A DNA stretch of 64,000 nt, taken from assembly GCA_047495785.1 (NCBI GenBank), contig JBLDXI010000054.1, positions 3,844,001-3,908,000 of the forward strand, in the 5' to 3' direction. Position 1 is the first letter of the stretch; the number at the start of each line of letters is the position of its first letter. This stretch comes from Lepidodermella squamata. Taxonomy: Eukaryota > Animalia > Gastrotricha. Under the pieces are notes generated by a model. That model saw only the letters and a program-made list of their open reading frames with translations. It was not told where the DNA came from and searched no databases. A program made the position numbers and the translations under genes. Positions 1 to 11,557 of this stretch are shown piece after piece.

Positions 1-2213
1 AATATCATACGACGGACCGGTGCATTCAAAATATATCACACCTTTCACGATGTTGTTGTTAACATTGCGCGGACAAATCTGATCACATTAGGAGTCTCTG
101 TCGCAGCTACTGCCTTCCTCTTAGTTTGCAAATTGGCCATCGATCCGAAACTGAAACGATTAATGCCGATGCCCATTCCGGCAGAGTTGATTCTGATGAT
201 CGTGGCATGTGCTGTGTCTTATTTAGTCGATCTTGGCCCGTCACATGCCGTTCAAGTCGTGGGCAAAATACCGTCGAATTTCCCCATGCCTAGGGTGCCT
301 ACTTATTTTGACCCTCAGTTGATAATAGACGCGATTCCTCTGGTGTTGGTGTCTTACTCTCTATGCATTTCTATGGGAAAACTACTAGCTAAAAAGCACG
401 GCTATAAAATTCGGCCGAATCAAGAATTCTTGGCGATAGGCATTTCGAATACTGTCAGTTCGTTTTTTGACTGTTACACCGCTTCGGCATCGATGAGTCG
501 GTCCCTTGTTCAATCGAATGTCGGCGGGCAAACTCAACTGGCCGGTGTTGTTTCATGTGCGATCATTTTATCCGTAATTCTCCTCCTGGGTACACTGCTC
601 CAGCCGCTACCGACCTGTATTCTTGCCGTAGTTGTCATGGTCAACCTTAGAGGAATGTTTCTCCAGGCTTCAGACCTCAAAAAATATTGGAGACATTGTA
701 AAATCGACGTCGTAACATGGCTGGTCGCTTTTCTGTCTACCGTTCTTATCGATGTCGATATCGGTCTTTACATGGGTGTCGGCTTTGTTTTGCTCACCGT
801 TGTATATCAAAGTGCCCGGGTTCACGTTTCGATTCTGCGGCAAGCTGGAAATACCGAATTATTCGCGCAGAATCGCCGCTACGGTGGCGTAAGTATTACT
901 AATTTGTTGAAGAAATGTTTCCTATATTGTTTTTATTCCAGCTTTCTTCCACACATCCGGCGTTGGTGCTCAAGTGGAATGCGCCTATTTATTTCGCTAC
1001 TGCCGACAAATTTATTTCTTATGTTGCAAAATCAGCTAGCGTGTCGTTTGAACAAAACTCGGCTGATATTGGAATGAAATCAGATTTTTCAAATGAATCC
1101 CGTGTCGCCGAGCTGGAACCCGTTAAACCGATATTTGGTGCCGAGGAGGTCGAAGAAGCACTTGTAATTACTTCATCCCAATCGGTTAAGGACACCGCCT
1201 CCGACCTTGCTTCACCTATTTCTGCTCAGACAAATTCAGCTCTTCCACGGCGTGGTCATAGCTCACTTAACCACAACGACGATTATACTAACCCTAACAA
1301 CTCTTCTTTCGATCCGACTAAAAATATTACAGCGATTGTGATCGACATGTCCGGTGTGATATTTATGGATACAGTTGGCCTCGATGCGATTCATCAGGTA
1401 ATTTTGCGATTGATATTTCATTGAAATATGTTAATCGTGTTTCACCAGCTCGCCCTCGATTTGTCTTCAAATAACGTTGACCTTCTGCTGGCATCTTGCC
1501 CTGAGCATGTGCTTAATATTTTGCAAACCGAGGAATCTCTGAAAGATTTCTGCCTTATGAACGTCTTTGTTTCGCCGATCGATGCGCTAGTTGCAGTTCG
1601 TCGCGGCGATTTCCTTGCGAAATTTACGTCTAAAAACGAACGCGAAAAGCATCGAACGCCGCCGACAAGGTCGCCGCAACACCACCGGCCCAGTTTGGTT
1701 GACAGTCAGCTGTCATTGATAAATTCGCAATTGGTAAGGATCACTCGAGATTTTCATTGTTATCTTCGGTTTTTGTCATTTTTAAAAAATCACCTGACCA
1801 TTGCACTATATGATATGAAAAGGCGTCAGGTCTTGGGTGCAAAGCTCCCGGTGGCAATGCTCAACCTAGTGCTAACGCACCATCTGAGGCAATGGCACCG
1901 AAAGTAAGCTCAGGCTTCGATTATCGGACGCCTGAATTCGCCGTTAATTTCACTTGCGTTGTTGTTGTGCCTTTACTAATTATTGTTTGGCCATTCACGG
2001 ATAGGTCTTTCTAGTGCAATATCTAAAAAGTTGAATTTGTGTGCTAATCATAAACTCTACTACCAAGTGCGCTACTAGTTTTACTGGGAAGTTATCTTGA
2101 TCACCAAGCTTTTATCATCGATAATTGCCGCTAATAATTCATTTTAACGAAATTTTAAGATTATTTTTTTTTAATTTCAGGAAGATGAAGATGAGCAATC
2201 ACAGCAACGCTAA
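1..2213 (+). CDS. SLC26/SulP-family anion transporter (prestin/SLC26A5-6-like), 5'-truncated by the window edge, multi-exon
   Basis: The ORF has SLC26 motifs (GYKIRPNQEFLAIG, SASMSRSLVQ..GGQTQLAG, DVDIGL) and a STAS domain (APIYFA, IVIDMSGVIFMDTVG). Short GT-AG introns join the frames. Terminal exons 1823-1903 and 2181-2213 are phase-compatible and end EDEDEQSQQR*. Confidence 0.9.
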
Positions 2214-2662
2214 CCCAACGAAATCCAGCACACTATTTCGAATTTCAATTCAGCACAATCTCAATCTACTTCCTTGGCTTTTACGCAGCTTGTCTCCTCC
2301 TTTCGTAGTCGCTATAGCTCGAGGGATGGTTCCTTCATATTTATGAAACTCTTTTATATGACGATTAGAGAATCATGTTTGTTCAGCCGCAGTGTTGTGA
2401 ATTAGCCCAAGTGGACGAAATTTCTTATCACAGACCTTGGATCTGTTTCTTCTGGATATAATTTACTTGTCATAATTAGTCTGAAATGGTTAACTTATCA
2501 ATGCGAGATGATCAAATATTCAAGAACATAATTCTTTCCGGTATATATTTGAAAAAAGCAAACGATATATGACAATGGGTTTTATTTTAGTATAAAACTT
2601 TGACGGTTCATGCTACATTTTCATTACTTTTTAGATTTTAAAATCAAAATTGGAGTACACTT

Positions 2663-4907
2663 ATGATGAGACTGAAGTCGGCCCTGCTCATGTCATGGGC
2701 CTACCTAAAGTACCTATGGGCCGTGTGGTTTCTCCTAGTGGTAGTCCTTATCTACTATCTCTGGGGCCCTTTCAAAATTCGCGATAACGTTGTGCAAGGT
2801 ACGTTCAGCTTTTTTTATCATTATGCACTGATTCAGTACAAAACCACACCGCCTTTTTCAGCCACTGCCTTTGTCAATACTTTGTCACCGCGATTTTACG
2901 TCGCGCTAACCGGAACCTCGTCATTAATTAGTGGTCTCATACTTGTAAGTTTCAGTAAACATAAAATCATGCGCTGTCCTTACATAGTTTTTCTCAGATT
3001 TTTGAATGGTGGTATTTCAAAAGATATGGAACCTCTTTTATCGAACAATTTTCCTTAAATTATTTGTCTCCGATTTTGGGCGGAGCGAACGGCAACCCCG
3101 GTCCTGCTTCAGCGAATGGAAATGGCGTCGCGGGGACTCATCCCGATGGGTCGATGAGGTGCTCGAAAACCAACGGAGCGAATGGCCATCATTTAGGCTC
3201 AGCGAGTTTTTCAAACGGTCGACGCGGTTCGATAACAGCGTTTGACGACGACGATTGGGGCGTGTCGGGTGATGGCGATGGCGACGTCTCCCCACCGACC
3301 TCTTCAGTCATCCAACGGAACCCGATGGCGCTGTTTCGGCGGGCCGAGTACGAGCGCTTCCGATACGCGACAGGCCGCGAACCTCTGACATTCTATGATC
3401 TCAATCTCTCCGCCCAGGAACACCAAGCCGCGTTTCTACTGCCCGGTGAAACCGACTCGGACACTCGGCCCGACCTCCAGCTCATGGAACTGGCGTGGCG
3501 AGAGCGCGACCCGCCCGAACGCGTCAACAAGGCGCATCTGGCGAGGGAAACCAATGCCGACTGTGTACAAGCCTACCTGCTGCTGGCCGAGGAAGAAGCG
3601 GTAACCATGGCAGACGCTGAGAAGCACCTGCGAACCGCGCTAAAACTCGCTGAAACCAACTTCCGACGACCTCCCCCTGTAGTTTTATCCAACGGCATGT
3701 CCGAAAGCGCCGAGATGGCGTATCGGCGAGACGTGACGCTTATATTTTATATTAAACGCCGCCTAGCGATGTGCATGCGGCGACTTGGCCGCGTTCGCGA
3801 GGCCGTTAAAGTTTTCAAAGAGCTGCTGAAAGACTCGGTTTTCAGTGAACTAGCCGAGGTGTTCAGCGTTCACGAAAACCTCGTCGAGGCGTTGCTGGAA
3901 ATGCAGGCCTACGCCGACGTACAAGCGCTTTTGTCGCGGTACGACTCGGCGGTGAGCGAAGCGCGGTCGGCGTGTATGTGCTACACAACAGCTCTCATGC
4001 GGGCTCGTTCGGTGGCAGATAAATTCTCGGCGGACGTAGCGACCCGGCGAGGTTTAACCACGGCCGAGGTCAATGTGATTGAGGCAATACACCGGGCGGT
4101 GGAGTACAACCCGCACGTAGCGCAGTATTTGCTCGAGACGAAGAAGCTGATCTTGCCCCCCGAGCACATCATCCGCCGCGGTGATAGCGAAGCCATTGCC
4201 TACGCCTTTCATCATTTGCCGCACTGGAAACGCGTCGACGGCGCGCTCAACCTACTGCAATGTACGTGGGAAGGCGCGTTCCGGCTACTACCGTCTCCGC
4301 TAGAGTCTGGCTATTTGTTTTATTCATATCCCAGTAATATTGAGCAGACGGATCGCGAATTATTGCCAGGTAATTATTCACCCATAATTTATCTTGAAAT
4401 GTAGAAGCTTTAAAACGCATGAAAGAAGATCATAAAATTGGGCATTATTGCTAAGCCGCTTAGTGTAAGGAAGAAAAAGTTTTATGACGCATGTTACACG
4501 AAATGTCGAAGGTGTGTGAAATATTAATCCGTCATTTCTAAGTAATTGGGTTTGATGCTTCATCCACAATTTCTATTTGCCAATTTATTCTATTCATTTA
4601 TTTTATTTTACAGTGTTCCATGAAGTTTCTGTATACCCGAAGAAAGAGTTGCCGTTTTTTATACTTTTCACGGCTGCGCTATGCTCAGTAATGGCGTTGA
4701 TGACCTTACTAGCTCATAGCTATCCACAATATACCATTACTTTATCCAGAACGGTAAGTATTTCTTTCTTCCGATTTTTCGATTTTTTTAAAAAAAGGCG
4801 ATTTCTAGATTGCGCATTGGCTTAGCAGTCCGATAGCGTTCTTCTTCGGCAAGTTGGAGGCGATTTTACCTTCAGCTTCGTCACTGGCGTTCTCAAAACT
4901 AGGCTGA
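2663..4907 (+). CDS. ST7: Suppression of tumorigenicity 7 (ST7/ST7L) homolog, 5 exons
   Basis: Motifs [32 protein letters not shown]|[45 protein letters not shown] and [19 protein letters not shown]. Last exon ends FSKLG* at 4907. Confidence 0.93.
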
Positions 4908-6710
4908 GCTATTCAAAGGCAGCAGCTGTCATACCTGCAATTTACTTCCTACTTCCAGTCAATTGCATATCGAAGCTATATACTATATTATTTGAATACT
5001 ATTAACCCCTGTATGAGACATCGTTTTCAAGATGCGGTAGTGAAAAATTGCGGCTTTGAAAGAATGACCATGGTTCATATCTTTCGATCTTTGGTTCAGT
5101 GTTTGTTCCTTTTGTTCGTTGGTTCCGCCCATCCTCCTCTTTCTTTTCTCTTTTATCTCTTTTGATCGTCGAAAATCGGAATTTCGATAAAAGATGAACT
5201 TCTCGTCTCATGACGTCAAACTCTCCGTTATAATCGTGTGCGCGTGTGTAACTTGCATCGACTAAAGATGGAAAATTTTTGTTGTTGGTTCACTTCTCGG
5301 TTGCTACAGTTTATAACGGCTTCATAAAGCATATTGCTATACGGTAACTGACCCTGACTGATTGTGAAAAATGCTTCCTTTTATAGTCAAAATCACTTTC
5401 CTAGTTGCGCCGGGAAATGCCACTCGTATCCATGAAATTTTTGTGTGTTCGTGTTGTGAAGGAGCGACAACAAAATAACAGCCGCTAAACTTACCTTATT
5501 ATGTAGCCTCCGCGGGAAACTACCTTGACTTGGTTAAAGCGGGCGTGGTGATGACGATTCTGGTTCGAAAACCGATTTTCTGTTCATTTTGCCTGCGTAA
5601 TTGATAAAGACGAAAATGGATCTGCACTTTTCTCTCATGCACATGTTGAAACCAACGATATAATATTATTATTCTTATTATTTCGGACATGAATTATTGT
5701 TTTTGTTGTTAAATTGAAGTAATAAGCGACGTCGATGGGAGCAACTCGTTATAGAATATTAAATGTGACAGAGTAAAAAAATGCGACAATTACTTGACAA
5801 AATTGACACCATTTTTTTGTTTTTTTTTTAGATCTTAATATCATTGTTATCCATCCACTCACGTGGTAATCACGTGTTTGACATGATTAATCGCGTGATC
5901 GTGGAACCAGTGAGCTTTTGTTGATTACAGCGTTAGCGTCATTATCTCCTATTCTCGTTGTTAACTGTTAACTTAAATTTTCCGAGAGCTATTGGAAAAA
6001 TTCGTTAACAATTCGATTATTTTCCATAAAATCCATTCCATGAATAACATCATTTGACCTTTATCTTCGGCTAGAGCACTCTGATTGGGCCGATTAATTA
6101 TTCCAAACCGATAAATTTTTCAGAAGTATAAATCATTGGGGTTCAAACTATTCGATTCAGTCATTTTCAGCAATGATGATATCGGCTATTGCTATGAATC
6201 CAAAATTTGGTGTAATTGCTAGCGTTAAAGCGGGCAATGTAGTCTAAACAATGCGAATATTTAATTCGCGCTAGTTTTGCAGCTCTGATACTGCAAGTCA
6301 ACAGCAAAATGGAATATGATGACAAAAACGAACTCAACCACCGAAGCTCGCTACTAGCATAGTGGTTTAGCTCCAACCGTGCTAAATCAGTATTCTGGGT
6401 TCAGTGCTCGGTGGTGGCTTAGTTTTTTTTTATTTTGGCTAATTCGCACACAAAAAAAATCGCTATTTGAATCATGAATTATTATGACAAATAATTTGTG
6501 AGCGGGTTTCGTTCATCGTTCATGATTCAAATGGCATCTCGACCGTTTTTGCAAGAGATGAATTTTGCGCGTAAAAAATGAACAATGAATCATGAATGTG
6601 TATTTTAAACACGAGTTTGTGAACCGCACTTTAATTTTATTTTCTTATGATTTTATTCGAAAATGAATAGCAATACTTTGATTTTTAGTGAGCCCGGGCA
6701 CTTGAGCCAT

Positions 6711-9700
6711 ATGAAATATGAAAATGAGTTGAGTATGGAATTTTGGAGTAACCCGATAATTACTCCTATATTACTCGGTGTCGTCATCGGTGCTACCTCA
6801 ATCGTGGTATTATGGCTGCTATGGCGGTCTTGGAATCACCGCTCCTCCTCAACTCCAACCACGGTACACTGGTTAAATGATGATTTTTCGAAAAATTGAG
6901 ATTTCCTCTTTTCCAGCCACCTCCGGCTTACTCGAGAAGCACATCGCAGGTGCTCAATCGTGAGAATAGCAACAGTGGCACCGATGAGAAGCGCCACAAC
7001 AATTCAGCTCAGGCTAAATTGAGGCGGAAAAGGTTGGATCTGATGCACACGGTGAGCCATGAAATTGCTGGGCTGAGCCGTCGAGCTAGCGTTTTCGGCC
7101 GGAAACGGTTGGAAATTATGAAAAACGCACTGGCATCGCCTCAGCGACAGATCATGTCTCGGCTGGCGAAAGTTTTATCCACGCATGATATGCCAACGAA
7201 ACGAACAATTTCCCACCCGCCATCACGCATGTTCGACGACGATCCGAACGACCCGACTGTAGACCCGACCCAGGCGATCGGAATGCTCAGGGCTATCCGA
7301 GCTTTCTGTTGGGGAGTCGAGAAACCCGTCTTTCAAGACCTTTGCAAGTCGATCGAAACGCTGACCTTCGAGAAGGGCGAGATGCTGTTCCACCACGGTT
7401 CAGAAGACGACTCAATCTACGTTGTGCAGAGTGGCCAGGTGGATTTGCTCATCCTCGAAGAGAACAAAGACTACGTGATAAAATCAGTGCGGACCGGCGA
7501 GAATATTTTCAGCATGACTGCGATAATCGAGCGGTTAGCCGGTTTCAGGTCCTCGCATCAAAACGTAGCGGCTCGTTGCGCTATGCCGTCTCAAATCGCC
7601 CGGTTGCCAATCGCAGCTTTCTGCGCAGAGTGCCAAAATCGTCCTGATCTTTCTTTCTTCACTGTTCAAACAATAATGATCAAGTTATCGAGAGTTGTGT
7701 TCAACGCTCTCCACGCTTGTCTCGGTTTATCCGGCGAGTTGGTTCGAGATTTTCGCTCAGCGACCACCAGTGTGCAATCACTATCTCGGTCGTTGAGCCT
7801 CAGCGAGTCTACCGATGGTGCGTCCCGTAAACGAGCGTCAGCTGCTCGACGCCGTGAGCAAATGAAGCGGTTTTCTACGCTTGATACTAATGATATTAAG
7901 CAACCTGCGCCGGTTATGACGTCGCGCCCATCCTCAGATGTGATAAATGCGCTGGGCGAGGCGAAAATTCTCGAGGCCGTTTCCGCTGATTTGACGCTGC
8001 TTTTAGGCATGCCTGACAAGTCCTTCCTTGATGGTGCGTTGAAGGTTGAAAGTTTTCCGGCCGGTTCGCAGATCCACGGCCAGGATGACCGGTCGGTTAA
8101 CCTTCACATTGTCGTTCACGGTGTCTTGAACGCTTTCTCGAGAATTCCGGGTGAAAACGACCAGGACGAGTTGTTTTTCACTGCACACCCTGGCAGTTTA
8201 TTGGGGCAGTTGAGCATATTATCAAACGAGCCATCGATTTACTCGTTGAGGGCGAAAACTGACGCTGTGATAGTTTCAATATCGCGAGATGCTATTCACG
8301 ATTTGTTTCGCGACCATCCAAGAACTGCAGTGCCTTTAGCGAATTTTGTTGTCTCTGAACTCTCCCCGTTCGTTCGCCACCTCGATCACTCGTTAGGCTG
8401 GAAACAGGTCGAATCAGGCCGGGCATTGTACCGCCAAAACGACGTGGCTGATTGCGCCTACGTCATCCTACACGGCCGAATTCGAACAATTTTGAAAAAA
8501 TCTGAGGAAATTCGAGAAGTTATATCTGAGCACGGGCGTGACGAAGTTGTTGGACTGGTTGAAGTTCTAACCCAATCGCGTCGCATGTTCACCTCACTAG
8601 CAGTCCGCGATACAGAGGTCGGCTCCATTCCAGCCGGTTTGATTCACTGGCTGAAACGGTCACATCCGAAAATCGTGACGAGGCTTATTCACGTGATTGG
8701 AACTCGTTTGGTCGACGTTCGCATGAGGAGCGCAAACAGCGTTGAACAGCCGCTGCCAATGTTGAAAAATCGACCGCCTCTTCGAAATTTGTCCACCATC
8801 GCGGTTGTGCCAGCCTCTAAAGATGTGCCATTATCTTCGTTTACCCTCGAGTTGCAACACTCGTTGAATGCGGTTGGACCTTCATTGCGTCTGACCGGCA
8901 TGTTGGTGATGAGTCAACTTGGCACGTCGGCGTTCGATTCGATCAACGAGTATCATTTGCAAACGTGGCTGTCGCAGCAGGAGGAGACTTATCGAATGAT
9001 TCTTTACCAGTGCGATTCAACTTGCACGCCTTGGTCTCGGTGGTGTCTACGTCAGGCTGATGCGGTCCTGGAGGTTGCACTAGCATCTGCTGATCCGTCA
9101 GTTTCTTCGCAGAGTGAATTCGATCTCGAAAGAGTTGCTGTTCGAGCTCAAAAAGAACTGGTCTTATTATACAAGTGAGTATTCAATTCATCAACAATCG
9201 TAAAAAAAAAACCTCCTTAATTATTTTGGTTCTTCACTATACATCTATCAATTGTTATTTTTATTTCAGACATGACTATCAGGGTCTGCCTCGAAAAACC
9301 TCAGAATGGCTGGCTGCCCGTGGGTGGTGCCACGGTCATCATCACATCCGTTGCCCGAAACGTTTGCTGGCAACCAGCTCACCTCACCGGTTGATTTCGA
9401 CATACAGAAAACTGTTTGACTCTGAGCCGAACCCGTTCAGTGACTTCTCCCGCCTAGCCCGGTACCTCACAGGCACTAGCATCGGACTAGCGCTGGGTGG
9501 CGGTGGCGCTCGGGGCATCGCCCATATTGGGGTTTTGAAGGCTATGGCTGAAGCTGGAATTCCGGTGGACATGGTTGCCGGCACCAGTATCGGTTCTTTT
9601 ATGTCTGCGCTATGGGCGAAAGAGATGAATTTCGGCAAAATGACCGAAGTGGCGGGCAAAATGGCGAACCGGATGTTGGCAAAGGGCTCGTTGTTTTTGG

Positions 9701-11051
9701 ATTTGACGTACCCTTATGCTGGTATGTTTACCGGGCGCAATTTCAACTCGATAATCCGCGACTCGCTTTCCGGCGACGCCGAGGACGGCTCGAGCACCGA
9801 CACTCAGATCGAAGATCTCTGGCTTCCCTATGCATGTGTTACTACCGACGTGACTGCCTCAAAAATGCGAATACACACAAGGTATGAATCGACGGTTTTT
9901 TTGACGATTTATTAGAATTTTTGAATATAGTGGATCGTTATGGCGGTACGTTCGTGCGTCTATGTCTCTGGCTGGCTATATGCCTCCGCTTTGTGATCCG
10001 GCCGATGGTCATCTGTTGGTTGACGGCGGCTATACGAACAATTTACCTGCGGATGTTCTGAGGTTTGTCTCTACCGCATTTAACCATATGAGTTCGTTCA
10101 AATAGAACATAAGCCGCATTTTCATTTTGATGAAAATCATTTACGTTTCTCAATTTAAAATATGGCTCATTTTTCAGGGCGATGGGATGCAGTGTTGTGT
10201 TCACAGTCGATGTTGGTGCTGTCGACGAAACAGATCTCTCAAACTACGGCGACGAGCTCAATGGCTGGTCAGTTATGTGGAAGCGTTACTGGCCATGGGC
10301 GAAGCCGGTGAAAGTGCCAAACATAGCCGATATCCAGTCACGCCTTGCCTACGTAGCCTGCTGCCGGCAACTTGAAGTCGTGAAACAACAGCCTTATTGT
10401 ATTTACGTTCGTCCGCCTATCGACAAGTACAAGACGTTGGCGTTTAATTTATTCGAGGAAATCAACAAGGTCGGCTACAACTATGGCCGCAAGTTTTTCT
10501 CGATCATCAACGTTCGACGATTTTTCTACGATCTCTACAATCAGCGAGCTTTGACCATCAAATCAGCGACATCAGTGAGCAGTGCCGTGAAAAGTCCTGC
10601 CGCGTCTGCTACCCCACTGCAGCCGAATTCCTTCTCAGAGCTAGCTGAGATGGTTTGCCGAGTCGAGCCCGACCTCAATTCTACAATTGACGAAACGGAA
10701 GAAGACACGGATTCAGTTTCAGGCGAAGTTGTTGATGGTCCGTTATTGAACGCAAATTTGCCTCAAGTTGCGTTCCAACTTGGTGATGAGCCGACTAATC
10801 TTACCGTGCCTGGTAGCGACACTAACGGCCACAGTCCGGCGAGCAGTTTGGGCGGAACGTTGGCTCCCAACTCGCGGTCGAATTCTCGGCGTGGGTCATT
10901 CCGTGCCCAGCCTATCCATCAGTTGCTGCATTTGGACGATGATTACGACGATGATGACGATGACGACGAAGATACGGTGTTCGATGATGTAGGAGGTCGC
11001 ACGCTCATGGAACAAGACCGGTCACTTTCCGACACTGAATTGCCCAAGTAA
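6711..11051 (+). CDS. PNPLA6: Neuropathy target esterase / swiss cheese (PNPLA6/7), 5 exons
   Basis: N-terminal TM segment, cNMP-binding-like repeats, and a patatin domain with GGGGARG, GTSIG nucleophile and LVDGG (exon about 9931-10062). The start could alternatively be the ATG at 6735. Confidence 0.93.
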
Positions 11052-11366
11052 GTCATTGAACCCCGCTTTTTTCTTTCGATATTTCAATTAAACCTACAAA
11101 GACCCCGTCAAACCCGAAGCATCCATTAGGCTCAGGTTAATTTGTTTACATGCGTTTGGTGGGAGATCTTAACTGTTTTTGGCAGTGGGGATTTTCATAA
11201 CGACAAGCTTGATTATTATAATCAATAAAAATTGCGGTTTGAGAAGAGTTCGAATTTTGATTTTCGAACCGTTTTATGGGCCTTGATAAGTATTTTTGTA
11301 TTCTAGCAGGATACTTTTGCAGTTTCGAGTCATTTATTTCATAAAGATGTTACATATATTTATTCG

Positions 11367-11403
11367 TGCGACGTTTCGGCCACAAAGTGGCCATCGTCAG
11401 GCA
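11367..11403 (-). ncRNA. Minimal type I hammerhead ribozyme motif (inverted copy)
   Basis: Exact reverse complement of 11521-11557. Confidence 0.8.
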
Positions 11404-11488
11404 GTATCTTAGAATTCGAAAATCGATACGCAGATATAATATCGTCAGGCAGTATCTTAGAATTCGAAAATCGATACGCAGATATAAT
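11393..11488. repeat. 48-bp perfect tandem duplication at the centre of the palindrome
   Basis: 11393-11440 = 11441-11488 (atcgtcaggcagtatc...cagatataat). Confidence 0.95.
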
Positions 11489-11520
11489 ATCTGCGTATCG
11501 ATTTTCGAATTCTAAGATAC

Positions 11521-11557
11521 TGCCTGACGATGGCCACTTTGTGGCCGAAACGTCGCA
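11521..11557 (+). ncRNA. Minimal type I hammerhead ribozyme motif
   Basis: TGC-CTGACGA-T-GGCCAC ttt GTGGCC-GAAA-CG-TC^-GCA: CUGANGA and GAAA cores, 6-bp stem II, palindromic ACGU stem III, UC cleavage site after 11554, 3-bp stem I (TGC/GCA). Confidence 0.8.

Noticed and set aside
133-1907. Frame breaks in SLC26 and other genes as frameshifts, pseudogenes or an alternative genetic code
   Set aside because: Each break examined is explained by a short, phase-compatible GT-AG intron under the standard code.
5858-5900. Paired CACGTG E-boxes upstream of PNPLA6
   Set aside because: Two 6-mers alone are not enough to support a regulatory call.
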